Shown here: piece by piece, positions 26,148 through 39,729 of the stretch
Layout of the letters: the number at the start of each line of letters is the position of its first letter
How positions within the stretch are numbered: the stretch's first letter is position 1
Assembly: GCF_001194135.2 (NCBI RefSeq)
Contig: NC_068997.1
Coordinates: 5,408,616 to 5,472,615 of the forward strand
Direction: 5' to 3'
Length of the DNA stretch: 64,000 nucleotides
From: Octopus bimaculoides
Taxonomy: Eukaryota
The notes under the pieces: generated by a model
The model's database searches: none
What the model saw: the letters and a program-made list of their open reading frames with translations, nothing else
Told to the model about the DNA's origin: nothing
Made by a program: the position numbers and the translations under genes

Positions 26148-26232
26148 TGTACATCTCCCTGTCTGATGCAGTCACAGATACCTAAAATAGAGTCCCAGTC
26201 TGGTTCTAATAGTAGCTGGCTTGTTGCTTTCT
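26148..26232 (-). CDS. HGS: HGS coding exon 2, VHS domain (EKATSQLLLEPDWDSILGICDCIRQGDVQ)
   Basis: ttctattacag|AG...GTA CA|gtaagt, 85 nt. Near-identical to human DKATSQLLLETDWESILQICDLIRQGDTQ. Confidence 0.96.
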
Positions 26233-27176
26233 CTGTAATAGAAGAAAGAAAATAATTAGAGAGAGAGAGAGAGAGAGAGATAAATTTAAGATTTCAAACC
26301 TTTACCTAGATTTCATAGAACCAACTGCATAGGAAGAGGACAACACTTAGTGTGTATGTTTGTGTAAGAATACCTTTTGAAGAATGCAGCCAAGTTAAGG
26401 CTGATTGTATGAAACATGCATAAATTTGAAATCCCAACACATACACATTTTTAGTACAACCATGTATTCAGTGCTAATTGATTTCCTACAATACACACAA
26501 AAAGAGACCTGATATTTGCTAATGATCTCAGTTGCATTTCCATGACAATGTGTTGAACAGGTCTATAAATTTACATATTTTATAATAAATTATTGGAGAT
26601 GCATTCTTTTGGTACTTTCTTTCCAAACCAATTGTGAACAAGATGATAGTGTAGAGAAAGCTATAACATCACCCTTTCTTACACATACTCTTTACTCTTT
26701 TACTTGTTTCAGTCATTTGACTGTGGTCATACTGGAGCACTGCCTTTAGTTGAGCAAATTGACCCCAGAACTTATTCTTTGTAAGCCTCTTTTGCCGAAC
26801 CGCTAGGTTACGGGGACATAAACACACCAGCATTGGTTGTCAAGCGATGTTGGGGGGACAAACATATATACATATCTATGATGGGCTTCTTTCAGTTTCC
26901 GTCTACCAAATCCACTCACAAAGCTTTGGTCGGCCCGAGGCTATAGTAGAAGACACTTGCCCAAGGTGCCATGCAGTCGGACTGAACCCAGAACCATGCT
27001 ACAAACTTATATAAAATAAAATATACGTATTTTGATTACAGTGAAAGGAACTAAAATTACTTAATACCACAATAAAGTGTAAATTTATTGAGGATAATCC
27101 AACAGCTTGAAATTTGGATCAGCTTCATAATCCATATANNNNNNNNNNNATATATATATATATATATATATATATA

Positions 27177-28408
27177 GGTCATCCCATAAATAATGTTTTT
27201 TTTTTAATACTTCTTTTATTTCATAAAATTAAGATAAACAAAGTTCTTTTTTAATCTAAAATACTCTCTCCATTTTCTACAATGCTCTTCCATCTATCAG
27301 GTAGATTTGCAAGGTCCCTCTTCAAAAATCAATTTGTCTGTAATGAAAAATACTTCTCCAGTACTGTTCTGACCTTGTCTATAGAATTCATATTTTTTCT
27401 GTCCAAATGAATTTGAGGACTGCGGAATAAAGGATAATCAGATGGGGCAACGTCTGGCAAATATGGTGGGTGGGGCATTGTTTCCCATTCAAACTGCTCC
27501 AGTCTTTGGAATGTCATCCTCGCTGTATGTGGCAGAGCATTATCCTGATGGAAGAACACCTTTCATCTTGATGGTCATTTTGCTTCTAGTGTTGACTTAA
27601 GCTGCTCAAGCTGCTCATTTGATCTCATTTGTTATCGTCTGGTTTGGGCTCAAAAGTTCAAAGTGGACTAAACCTTTCATGTCTGACGAAACATAACACC
27701 TTTAGCTTTGGGAGCTTGTATTTCTCCTTTCCCTACCCACTGTCTTCGGCACTTGACATTTTTATAGAGAACCCATTTCTCATCACCAGTCACTATTCAG
27801 TCCAAAAATGGTTCATTCGTGAGACATGACAGCAAAGATGAGCACACATTCACTCTTTGCACATGATTAAGACTTGGAAAGTTTGTGAGGAACCCATTGA
27901 CCCAATTTGCTGACTTTTCCGATGGCATGCAGGTGTCAGATTGTTGAATGACCGAATTCAAGCTTCTCTGTTAGTTCATCAACAGTTACAATGGGAATTT
28001 GTTCCACCAGGGTTTGCAGGACGTCCTTGTTGAACTCTAGAGATCTTCCAGGATGAGGCTCATCTTCTAGGCTCTAGTTACCTGTTTGAAATTTCTGGAA
28101 CCACTGTTGACACTGGCTTATGCTTATTGTCCGATCCCCATATACTGCATTAATATTCCTTGCACTTTCTGTTGTGTTGTTGCCTTTATTGAACTCATAA
28201 AGCAAAATGTTCCGAATATGCTCCTTTGTCACTTCCATTATAGCTTTGAAAAAATAACTTAAAATCGAACTGCACTCTTCAAAACTTGCACTAAGAATAA
28301 ATACAGAGTAAAATTACTACCTGCCTTTATAGCAAGTCGATGCAGGTAGTTTATCCCATCCCCCTCAGACTTTTAGTCCATGCAATTGAAAAAACCACAT
28401 TATTTATA
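27177..28408 (-). mobile_element. Degenerate mariner transposon
   Basis: ORF 27329..27559 has FHQDNALPH and HPPYLPDVAPSDYPLF. Left end is TA-ggtcatcccataaataatg; only cacattatttat of the right TIR remains. Confidence 0.85.
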
Positions 28409-30113
28409 TCTATATATATATATGCATAAATGAGGACAGCTGTCAGTTTCTAGATCTTACTATCAGCTGTTAGATTTTCCATATTAGGGCAAATAAATTA
28501 TTCAACAATATGTCAAAACATGATAACCAATGGAACCATAATCATACAAAGTCTCAAGGTACACTTTTATACAAAATGAATAAAGTAGTAAAAGCTAGTT
28601 CTGTGGAAATCATGTCATTTGATCAAAATCTTTCTTTGTCAGAGCCTAGTCTTAGTGCACCAATCTCACCCCCTAAACACTTCAATCACACAAGACAGCT
28701 GGAATTCCAGGTGAAGGACAGGCATCTAATGTCAATCAGCCATCTATTATTTCGTTTCATTGTTAAACTCTGCTCTTGCTGGTTGACCTCTTAATCATCT
28801 TAACCTCCAGTCTCAAGCTATCATTAAAACCACCACCAGCAACAATAGCTAAATACATACCAATGCTGCAAGTGGTATTTTATTATTATTCATGCATGCT
28901 TTCATTGCACTACCAAGCACAGCTTTGTGGGTCTTGGATATGTGCTGTGGTTTGCGTTGGTGTCATTTTTACTGTATAAAAAGTGCTCTACATTAACATG
29001 GGCTATGTCTAATATGCCTAGACATCTTTTATGTTATCAAATATTCTAACAATTTGGAAAATATTTAACAAAATGTTTGGATAACAAGTCTATCATTTAA
29101 CCTTAACTAGAACAGCAATGATGTAGTTTGACTAGAATCTAGTTGTATGTTTCTGAAAATAACTGATAAATGATGTTTATGAATGGCTAGTGACGAAATA
29201 TTTAAACAATAGTGCTGTCACATTTTATTAAAGTGGAGGGGGAAGCACAGACAGACAGAGGGTACTGCTTCACAAATGTTTAAAATAGGAACAGAAAGAG
29301 ACTTTGGTGCGATAAGCTGGGATAATCTGAAACAAATTGACAAGAGTTCTTACTTGCCCTTATAATAAAGGATAGTCCTAGACATTGGCACACAGCCCAC
29401 CCAATCACCTTTCCACTATACCCCTCTGCTGTTATAATTCCTTCCCTGACAGAAATTCCTTCCATTTCCCTTGTTCTTTGCCATAGTGCTTCTCAATAAG
29501 TGACTCCTACTGTTACCACCCTTTGTAACTAAAAATCTGTTCCCTCATTTTCTTTACCTACATTCATCATGCTTCTCCCCTTCCAAGAATCATCACCCAC
29601 TCCCTCTTCTAATCTCCCTAGTTATAGGGGTCACTTTATGCCCTGAGCTTCATAAGTTACAAAGTGATCTTCACTAGTGCTGGTGCTATGAAAAAAGTAC
29701 ACAGCACACTCTGCAAAGTGGTTGGTGTTAGGGAGAGTATCCAGTCATGGAAACCAGGCCAAAGTAGATGTTAGAGCATAAAACAGTCCTTTGACTCATC
29801 TGTTCAAGTGTTTAACCCATGCCAGCATGGAAACCAGACAGATGATGGTAGCAAGATGCTATCTCCTGATGCATGGGAGGAAAGTAACTCCAAAAAAGAT
29901 TTAACTCGGATCACAAGACCAATCTTAACCACGCTAACATAAAAAGCAGATACGAGAGAGAGAATGAGAGAAAGAGAGAACTGGTTACATAACAGTTAAA
30001 GTTATTAATGTAATAATAATGGCTTTATATACAATTTCACAGTAGCAGTGAATGTAAGATAAGTGACTGTTGAGGAGTGTATAATACTTGAAACTATAGT
30101 CTTGTCTAGTGGT

Positions 30114-30180
30114 TCCCAAACTGCAGTCCACGGACCACTAGTGGTCTGCAAAGGTAGTACCAGTAGGTGTCTCAAGCGTC
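30114..30180 (+). mobile_element. hAT/Charlie-like terminal fragment
   Basis: tagtggttcccaaactgcagtccacggaccactagtggtctgc resembles a hAT terminus. A complementary-type end (ggaccccagttgaaaaccactg) lies at about 25385-25406. Confidence 0.45.
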
Positions 30181-33100
30181 TAAAAAATTAAACTTATAAA
30201 TGCAACAAGAGATAAAAACGATATACCTCCTTCCCTACAGTAAAGTTTATTGGGCTGTAATGATGTGTACTTTGGATAATACTGTAATATTTAACTGAGT
30301 AAGGCAGAGAGCTGGTAGAATCATTACTGCACTGGGTAAAATGCTGAGCAGTATTTTGTCCGTCTTAATGTTCTGAGGTCAACTTTGCCTTTCATCCTTT
30401 CGGAGTTGATAAAATAAGTACCAGCTGAAGTCAATATAATCAACTTGCCCCTCCCTGGAAACTGCTGGCCTTGCACCAAAATTTGAAACCAATATGTATA
30501 GTGAGTAACCACAAGTGTGCTCTGGAGAGCCATTAGGCCATTATGTAAGAGGAGTTGATATGAATTATTAACTATAAAATGTAAAAACCAAATAATCTTG
30601 AATATATATGTGTAAACAACATGATTAGCTGTGAGTTTAATGAGGAAGTTGATGTACAAAGAGAATAAATATTAACCTCAATGCCATTTATCATTGTTAC
30701 AGAAGTGCCATTAAAAATGTTTGAGCATGATCCACTGGTTTGGCTTGATAAACTGATAATGGTAGCTGAAACCAACAAGTTGGTCAATGACTCTTTGCTA
30801 GGCAAGATGTACTAGAGCCAAAGAATCACAATATCAATACATACCACAACCACAGTTTGGTACAGAAGATACAAGACGGCCAAAGAAGAAAGTTAGTATA
30901 TGATCATATGTTTTGTCACATAGGATAGGTGGGTACAGTAACTCCAGCTAAATACTATCACCTCTACAAACTTTAAATAAAAAAAAATGATATTCTATTT
31001 TGAAGGATAAGCTGAAACAACTAGGTCCCCAAATGAAACAGCAAAAATATTTCATAAGTACTTAAATTGATGGTTGGTGACTCTGCAGTAAGTAAGATGA
31101 CCCAACAGAGCAGTTTACTAATGATTCTGATATTGCTAGCATTACACTAAACTTCTCTGCATAGAAGAAACTTTGTTAACTCTTACCTGTTGTAAGACTA
31201 ACCAATATACAACTGTACACAGTTTGAAGGACTGGGAATGGGAGGCAGGGTTAGCAATCCAATAACTCAAAAACATTTCCTGCTACGAAAACATCTTGGA
31301 TCAGGGAGGTTAGCTGATTCAAGACAGAAAGAATAAGGATCTGCTTGAAAGGATTGATTGCACAGGATAGAAAAAACTGGAAGGACATATTGATGATGGA
31401 CAGGAGGACAATGGAAGGAGGTACATTGCTGGTCAATGGTACATAAGACAAAGGGGAATGGAAGGACATATACTGAAGGTCTTTATGTTCTATAGGGCAA
31501 GAGGAGGTGCTCTGCAAAAATATCAGCTAGAAATCTCTAATCAGCAAATTCTCTTTTATACAAAACCAAACGAAAACAATTACAGTTCTTACTTATTCAT
31601 ATCAAGGATTTGATGTCTCTTATATACAGATTCTCTTCTACCACTCTTACACCAACTTATCCTCCATCATCATCTCCATCACTTTCCTGCTTTCACAGAT
31701 TTTCTACCATTCACTATCAACATTACTCCATCATACTTACAAGAAAAAAAGCAAAATAAAAACACCTGTACTATAAATAAAAATTCTTCAAATTTCTTAT
31801 CACACACACACAGATATTTGGGTGTACAAACGAGAGAAAAGGTACTCACTACATGCAATAGAGTTTATTTATTTAAAGCTGAGAATTCACTTGGTCACTA
31901 CCCCAAGTTTCTCTCGTGCATTTATTCAGAGAACTTAGGGTGACCAGTCAGTTTCAAACACACACACAGACAAGAGACGGACAGACAAATATCCTGAGGT
32001 TATTTGTTCAAGAGTATAGCCAGATCACCTAAAACAAAGTACTTGGAGTATCAATACTGAATGTGAACAAATTTTATTAAAACAGTGAATTCAAGAAAAC
32101 AACTTATGTTAGAAATTATAACTATAAAAAAGCATTGTCACTGCTGAAGTCTAGGTCTTTGGAATCTCAAATGCTATAAACATGATAAATTATATTAATC
32201 ACCATGTCACCACTATTTTTTTTTTCTTCTTTAAATGCTGTTAATTGTAGGAATTCAAATAGTTTTTTTGTTTTTTTTCATAGTCAAAATATAAGACACT
32301 GCAAAAGAGAGAGAGGTGTGAACTATTTCAGTAAATTCTATATTTATAAAACAAAATATTTTACTCTGTCGTCTTAATGTACTATGGTTCTTTTAGTCTA
32401 TATTGTTGCATTACCTAACAAAAGTCAAATTACATCCTGCCATCTTTAAAAAAAAAAAGCAACAGAGCATATAGTCCTAGATAGTGCAGTAAGCAAACAT
32501 AGACAACATTACATTCCTGCCAACCCTCAACAAAGAAGAAAGAATAGCACTTGGTTGGTACTCATTTTCAGCTGAATAGACTGGAGCAACATGATATGAA
32601 GTAGTTTTCTCAAAGACACAATGTTGGACTTGTGGGAGCTAAGTTCGATTCCTCCTACAAGAACAGCTACTATGTAACATATCAGATAGCATCAAATGAA
32701 AGTGTGATCTGTCTGGCATCAACTTAAAAGTGCAAAAACTGGAAAAAGTAGATCTTGGAATTTTCAGATTCAGTCAAAAACTTCTCCAGTCATCAATATA
32801 ATCAATAAAGGGATGAATTGGCAGAGACTGGGTATTGGATACAATGTTTTCTGGCATTTGTTTTGACTATCTGTGCTCCAAGTTCAAATCCTGTCCTTTC
32901 ATCCTTTCAGAATCAACAAAATAAAATGACAGTCCAGGGTAGTGGAATGGTAGAATTAGGAGAGCATCAAGCAGGATGATTTGTGGCATCTGATCTAGCT
33001 CTGTGTTCCAAGTTCAAATACCATCTTCAGTCACCAGCAAAATAAATAAATAGCCATCTGTGTATCACACTTAATGCATACACATTCCAAGCAAATTATC

Positions 33101-33561
33101 TGTGGTATTCATCTGTGGATAATATCCCCAATAGATAAGGTGTTTAAAAACACAAAACTATCAGTAGAAGCTACAAAATCAATCAGCAGTAGCAGTGACA
33201 ATGCTAGATGTATATTTCTGCCTTGTTAGGCTTTGTCCATAGCATACATCTAGCATTCTTACTACTACTACTGGACAATTGGAAATGGACACTACTTGCA
33301 TGATGGTAGCACTCATTTACAATTATCACACAATGTCAAGGCAAAGAGACAATAGCATGCATGCACACACACACACACGTATATGATGAGCTTCTTTCAG
33401 TTTCTGTCTAGCAAATCTACTCACAAAGATTTGGTCAAACCAAGGCTTTGGTAGAAGACATGTGCCCAAGTTGATATGCAGAGGAATATGTACATACATA
33501 TATATTTAATATCATCTAAATAATTACCTCATAACATGTGGAACTCTGTTAGTGTATGCAG

Positions 33562-34220
33562 AATTTATATAAAAATTTATAAAACAAGATGGAATGAACA
33601 GGCTTTCATCACCAATCATGATTGCTTCTGTGCAATGGTAACAGTTGTCAGTTGCTGAGTTTTCCATATACTACTACATAAAATATATAAATAATCAAAT
33701 ATGATCCAGCAACACCTATGTACTGGCATATCATCAGGTGAGTGACTTTGACAGCTCTGCTGAATCATATTCAGTTTCCTCTCGTTTTATACCCCTTTCT
33801 ATTTTTAGCATTTTCTCTATACCGAGTAACTTTGAGATTCAAATAGACATAAGTTATAAAAATACCAAATAAAGTAATGACAGTAAAAAATTTAAAATAT
33901 GTAATTTGAAAAATTAGCTAAAAATATGTAATTTATATTTCTAATACTTTACTGCCATTACTTTATTTGGTATTTTTATGACTTGTGCCTATTCAAATCT
34001 ATAAGTTACTTAGTATAGAAAGAATACTAAAAATACAATGGAGGTATAAAACAACGAGAAACTGAACATGATCCAGCAGTGCTATCAAAGCCACTCACCT
34101 TATGACATATGGAAAACTCAGTAACTAACAGCTGTTACCATTGCACAGAAACAATTGTTGTGATTCGTGATTAAAGTCTATTCATTCCATATTGTTTTAT
34201 AAATTTATAAATATATAAAT
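33562..34220. mobile_element. Foldback element / long degenerate inverted repeat
   Basis: About 33562-33890 is the reverse complement of about 33947-34220 (e.g. aaataccaaataaagtaat, gagttttccatat, ctgtgcaatggtaacag). The spacer is short and AT-rich. Confidence 0.8.
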
Positions 34221-35633
34221 CACACACATACACACATCATCAGCCTTATTTAATGTCCACTTTTCCATGCTTGTACGGGTCAAATAGAATTTGCTGAGAC
34301 AGATTTTCTGTAGCTAGATGTCCTTCCTGTCATCAACCCTCACCTGTTTCCAAGCAAGTTAATATTTCCCATGGCCAGACATGCTTTTCATGAAAGACTG
34401 GAAATGAACATTGCTTGTATGGTGGTGATACTCATTTACAATCATCAGTTGATGTCATAATATAAGGGTATACATGAACACACACACATGTATACATACA
34501 TACATACATACATACATACATACATACTGGGCTTCTTTCAGTTTTCATCTACTAAATCTACTCACAAGGCCTTGGTCAGCCCAGAAGAGACTTGCTCAAG
34601 GTGCCATGGAGTGGAGATGAACCCAAGACCACATGACTGGGAAGCAAACTTCTTAACCACACAGCCATGTAGGATATGTAGGCGTACTGTGTGATTGCCT
34701 CTGAGCAAATATTTTGGAAGTCAAACATTTGTACAATTAATATTCAGTCTACTCTGCCTTACATTGATTCCATTTTTGAGTCTTAATCTTTTTGGATGTA
34801 TGCTGTGAATTACACACACACACACACATTATATGAATCCTTGTATTTGAGTTGTTGTTTTGCCCTAGCTCAGCTCTAATTCAGCAACCCTATAGTAGTC
34901 CAGCCACAACCATCCCATCCTATTTTTTTATATATTAAGGATAACATTGGCTTTAGTTCCCTTTTCAAGACTGTAGAGTGTAATTTTAAAGAAATTTCAC
35001 TGTTATTTCTAGCATAATGAGCGAACATACAGCATCTCTTCCGATATTCATTTCCAAATTAGATTAAATTTCCTTTTTGACTCATCCATCATGTAATCCT
35101 CTCCCTCCTTCCCTCTCTCTAGCACTCTTCTCCCCCTCTCTCTGCAGCACATTCCTCTTCCCCTCTCTCTCTGCTTCACACTCCTCCCCCCCTCTCTCTG
35201 TTGCACACTCCTCCACCTCGGACTCTTCCACTTACTTTCTAAATTATGTCCTTCCTTCTGTCTTACCCCCTTCGATATGTACTTTCATTTTACGTACCCC
35301 TCCCCTATCGATTTCCTCAACCGATTTTTTTCTGAATCTAAATCGAAAATAATAGAACAAAAGAAAGGAAAGAAGAAAATAAAAAGAACTCTTTCTTCCC
35401 AGTTGTCGAAATATTATATGACACACACACAATTGCATTCATACATATATTTCTCCAGACACACTAGTTGCCTATGAAAACGTTCAAAGACCCAAATACT
35501 CGGTGAACTACTACTACAGCATATATTTGATACAGCCACACACAAATGCACGGGGAGGGCGCAAGAGATAGAGTCAATAATTGAAAATGATTAGGAATGC
35601 TAAAAAAACAAAGAAAAAAACTCCAATACATTT

Positions 35634-35669
<36 letters not shown>

Positions 35670-36486
35670 TGCAGTTGTCATGGTTGGTGATCATAGCTCC
35701 GCTCGAACAGGGTTAAATACCAACTGCTATAGATAACAGCTAAACACTTTGCCAACCATGTCATCGCTCTACATGTTCTCAACTCCAGACGGTCAAGCCC
35801 GTAGCCATATCTACCAGACATAACTACACACCGTGTTACACGAGGGCCTCACCCACCCTAAAAAATAGAGAGGAGGCAGAAATCGTCAATAGAAATGTGG
35901 GCATTTAACCTCAATAGCTAAAGATAATTGGCATTTGACAAAGGACAACAAAGATGAATATATATGCGTGTGTTTAAGAATACACACACCTCCTACCCCG
36001 TTTCAACCCTCTCTCCTTTCCATGTCAATAAAATCAACAGTTTTGCAGTGTGTGCATATGTACACACACACACACACACACGATGATAGCTGTTGTTTCG
36101 GTAATTAACTGTTAACAACAACAGAAAATATTAATTCTAAGGAACAAAGAATGGATGGATGTAAATATCTGCATCAAATCTCTGTATAGAATATTAATGT
36201 TTAGCAAGTCCTTTTTTGACGTTGTTATTGAATATGTGTATATATATATAAAAACACAGCCTGCATTCCTACCCACTGTCGATAAATTTTGCCCTCCTAC
36301 AGGTTAACGGATTCGGAGTCATTCCTTATCCTGAAAAACTGACTTACAAATATCACATACAATAGTATGTACAACTACTACGATCTCCATCTATCTATCT
36401 ATCACACAATACCGATGTGGATAGGAGCTGGTTTCTAACAAAGAAACGAAGCACCATCACTGAAATTTAGATAACAACGATAGTCG

Positions 36487-36538
<52 letters not shown>

Positions 36539-37558
36539 TCATAAGTAAGGTCAGTGTGTGTGAGTCAATGGCTTCATTCCATTGTTACTCGGAGTTTTCA
36601 AAAACGGGGTATATATTGATTGCAGATCCTTCAGACAGTATTTTGAAAGGTGAATATTGTCTGAAGGATGACAGCCACATATCTCCACCCTTTAAACTAA
36701 CTCAGAGCGACGATGGTGAGAAATCCAGGTTGTCTTCCTATATATAAAGCTACTTCGCGAATGAATGAGTACTTTTTCTCCGTTTGTATACACACGCACA
36801 TAAACAGGCACGTGTGTGTGTGTACACACATAAACATTCGACAAACGAAATATATTTTATAAATGGTTTGCATCCATAAACTTTGAAAAAAATATCTAGA
36901 ATATTCTTTGCAACAGGATAAACAACAAAATTAATTACATGAATTAATCAACAACCCAAGCACTACACACTAACCATTCTAAAGAATGAATGTGGGTGTG
37001 TACACACAAATATATAACAGTTCTTTTAAGACAAAGAGAACAAAAGAGGGGTGATAGTGATGGCATTATATCAAAACATCCTAGATTTCACATTTGTTGT
37101 TGTTTAGTCTAGGTCAACTCTAATCAAGCACAATTACGATCTCTTAACACTACATTATTTAATGTATCTTTCATTTCGTTAAGACAGCAAAGTATAAGTT
37201 AAAAGCAGTTAAGTTGCTACTTCTAGGAGGTCGAACGACTACATATCGGCTCCGTTGACCTGCTTGTCCGTGCGTGTGAATACACACGTACATACACACA
37301 CACACACACACACACATATGTCAATATATTCCCGATAATATACACTCGTCATTAAAATATGAGAAGAGATGGTAAAAATTACATTATGTATACACGCTTT
37401 TCCACAGAATTGTCATTACATACTCTGCGCTATTCTTGTACAATTATATACACCCTTTTCCACATATGAAAACACTTCTCTACTATTATACTACTATTAC
37501 TGTCTGGAATCATAACTGTTTATAATTTAGCATCCAACTACTAACTCTACAGAACAGA

Positions 37559-37559
<1 letters not shown>

Positions 37560-37648
<89 letters not shown>
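37560..37648. repeat. (GT)n microsatellite
   Basis: Seen directly. Similar tracts at 46974-47082 (CA), 61458-61533 (CA), 10802-10895 (GA) and 56848-56922 (TA). Confidence 0.97.
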
Positions 37649-37651
<3 letters not shown>

Positions 37652-39729
37652 CACACAACATTATTCGAGATTTTAAACGGCGAAATTTTACAAAATTATC
37701 AAAGATTTTCCTATCGTTGAACAATAATTATTCCATATAAATTCTATCGATATAAAAAACATTCGCCAATGTTGTCTCAAAGAGGTAACAGACAAACCCG
37801 AATAAAACGAGCTATCTAGGTGATAAAATAGCAAAAATTTATTTCTAAAATATAAATGTATTTCTTCAAAAAAATAACAACAGAAAGAGTATCACCAACA
37901 AAACAAAATATAGATTTTTTCCTTCTGTCTTCTTCTGCAAGATGCCAGCTACAAAGCAACGTCTCACAGAAACGAGGGCAAACAAAAAAACCTGTATGCA
38001 GACAACATCTTTACCCACATACCTCTTCAGCACGGCTCACTACCAAAAATAAATTACTATTCTACTGGGGTTGATTAAAATAAGGTACCAGATATATACT
38101 AGGATGAATCAAATCAACTTAACCCCATCCCAAATGTTGTGCCCCGCCGTCTATGTTAGAAATCTTTAATTGAATCAAGGTTGACTTGGTTTTCAATTGT
38201 GGTAGTGATGCAGTAAGAGTCTTTGGTAGATGTCAGTGATCTTACTCCAAATTTGTGGTCTTGTGCCAATGTAAGAAAACATAAGCCCACCTTCCACACA
38301 GAGTCGATAGCCTGGAGAGCCACACACATCACACAGTCACTAGACCAACCTACTAGAAATTGCAGCCAAATCTCCCTCAAATCAAAACCTACCATATTTA
38401 AAATGGATAATGTAGTTGTAGATATACCATGTTTGAATAACAGACAGGATGGTCATGTCTAGAACGCCTTTGAGTATAAGTCTGCTCGATCAGATTTAAC
38501 CTGAAACTACACTACCACTAATGTGCAACCACCACTGTTGTTAATCCTTGTTTGCTAAAACAGTAGATGATGCTGAACTAAAACTCACATTAACCAACCA
38601 ATCCTTATGATTATTTAACAGTTATCATTGTCTCTCCTTGGAGGTAAAGATGATATTTGAACAGTCAAAGAATTATTGGGGACAAGCCGAGAGTTTACTT
38701 GCTCCCAATAAACTTTTTTAACAAATCCCCTAATGACCAGTGGAATTATGCTGTTAAACAACACTACTCCCTGGTTTAAAGTCTAGCCAATTCTTTTTAA
38801 ATAATGGTAAAACAGTTACCTTTCATGATATGCATCAAATGTGTCCAACTGATTTATGTCAACTAAATTTGCTGGTGCTATTATTTTAAGGTATGTTAGA
38901 TTTATAATACATTTTTCATCATTTTTACTATTTATTAAGGTAATTGGCTGGCAGAATCATTAGCATGCCAGACAAAATGCTTGGCAACAGTTTTTCCAGC
39001 TCTTTATTTTCTGAGTTCATCATCCCCTTAGAATCTTCTCCCTGTTCATGTCTTCCTAGAGATAGTGACTTGCAGAACATTAACATACAAACAGTGGCAT
39101 AAATCCTACCCATCTTGAAATGCTTGCAAAGGTTGCAGGCATGTTCCCTTACTCCAAACTCAACACGTAAAATGAAACAAACAGTAGAATCATAAGAGTG
39201 GCTTACACAGTTCTCCTCCAAGCCTTATTCAGATTTACACTTGGTACTTGAGACAACCTCTGGCATAGGAGCAAGTTCTTTCAAAGTTCAAATTCCAAAC
39301 TATATATACACATAAATGATATGCAGTTTCTCTACTCTTAGAGTTTCATTTCAAAACTCAACATTATCTACTTTTCCATTCACCCACAATTAGCAATGAT
39401 ACACAGACAATGATACATTTAACTGCAGTTCTATTTACAACAGGCCTAGTTGTTTAGAAAAAAATATTTAAATACTGTAGCATTCACTGCTGATAACCAA
39501 GTCACTAGATTCATTTGTGCTAGTCATTGTAAATATTGTTTAGTAACACTGACCAAGCCTTCAACCAATAGCAGGTATGACATATACCATATATAAGACA
39601 GACATTGCAAATGAGAAGTCAACTGTCTCTACCAATCCTGTGGCTCTTTATATTGTAAGATGATTCAGTTATATTGTTGCTTATCTCACATTCATACCAT
39701 TTTAACAAAATATTACCCTTGGGTGCTTA

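Noticed and set aside
33725-33785. Minus-strand GAAA...CTGATGA hammerhead-like arrangement
   Set aside because: U16.1 is missing and helix I does not pair; a chance match within the foldback element.
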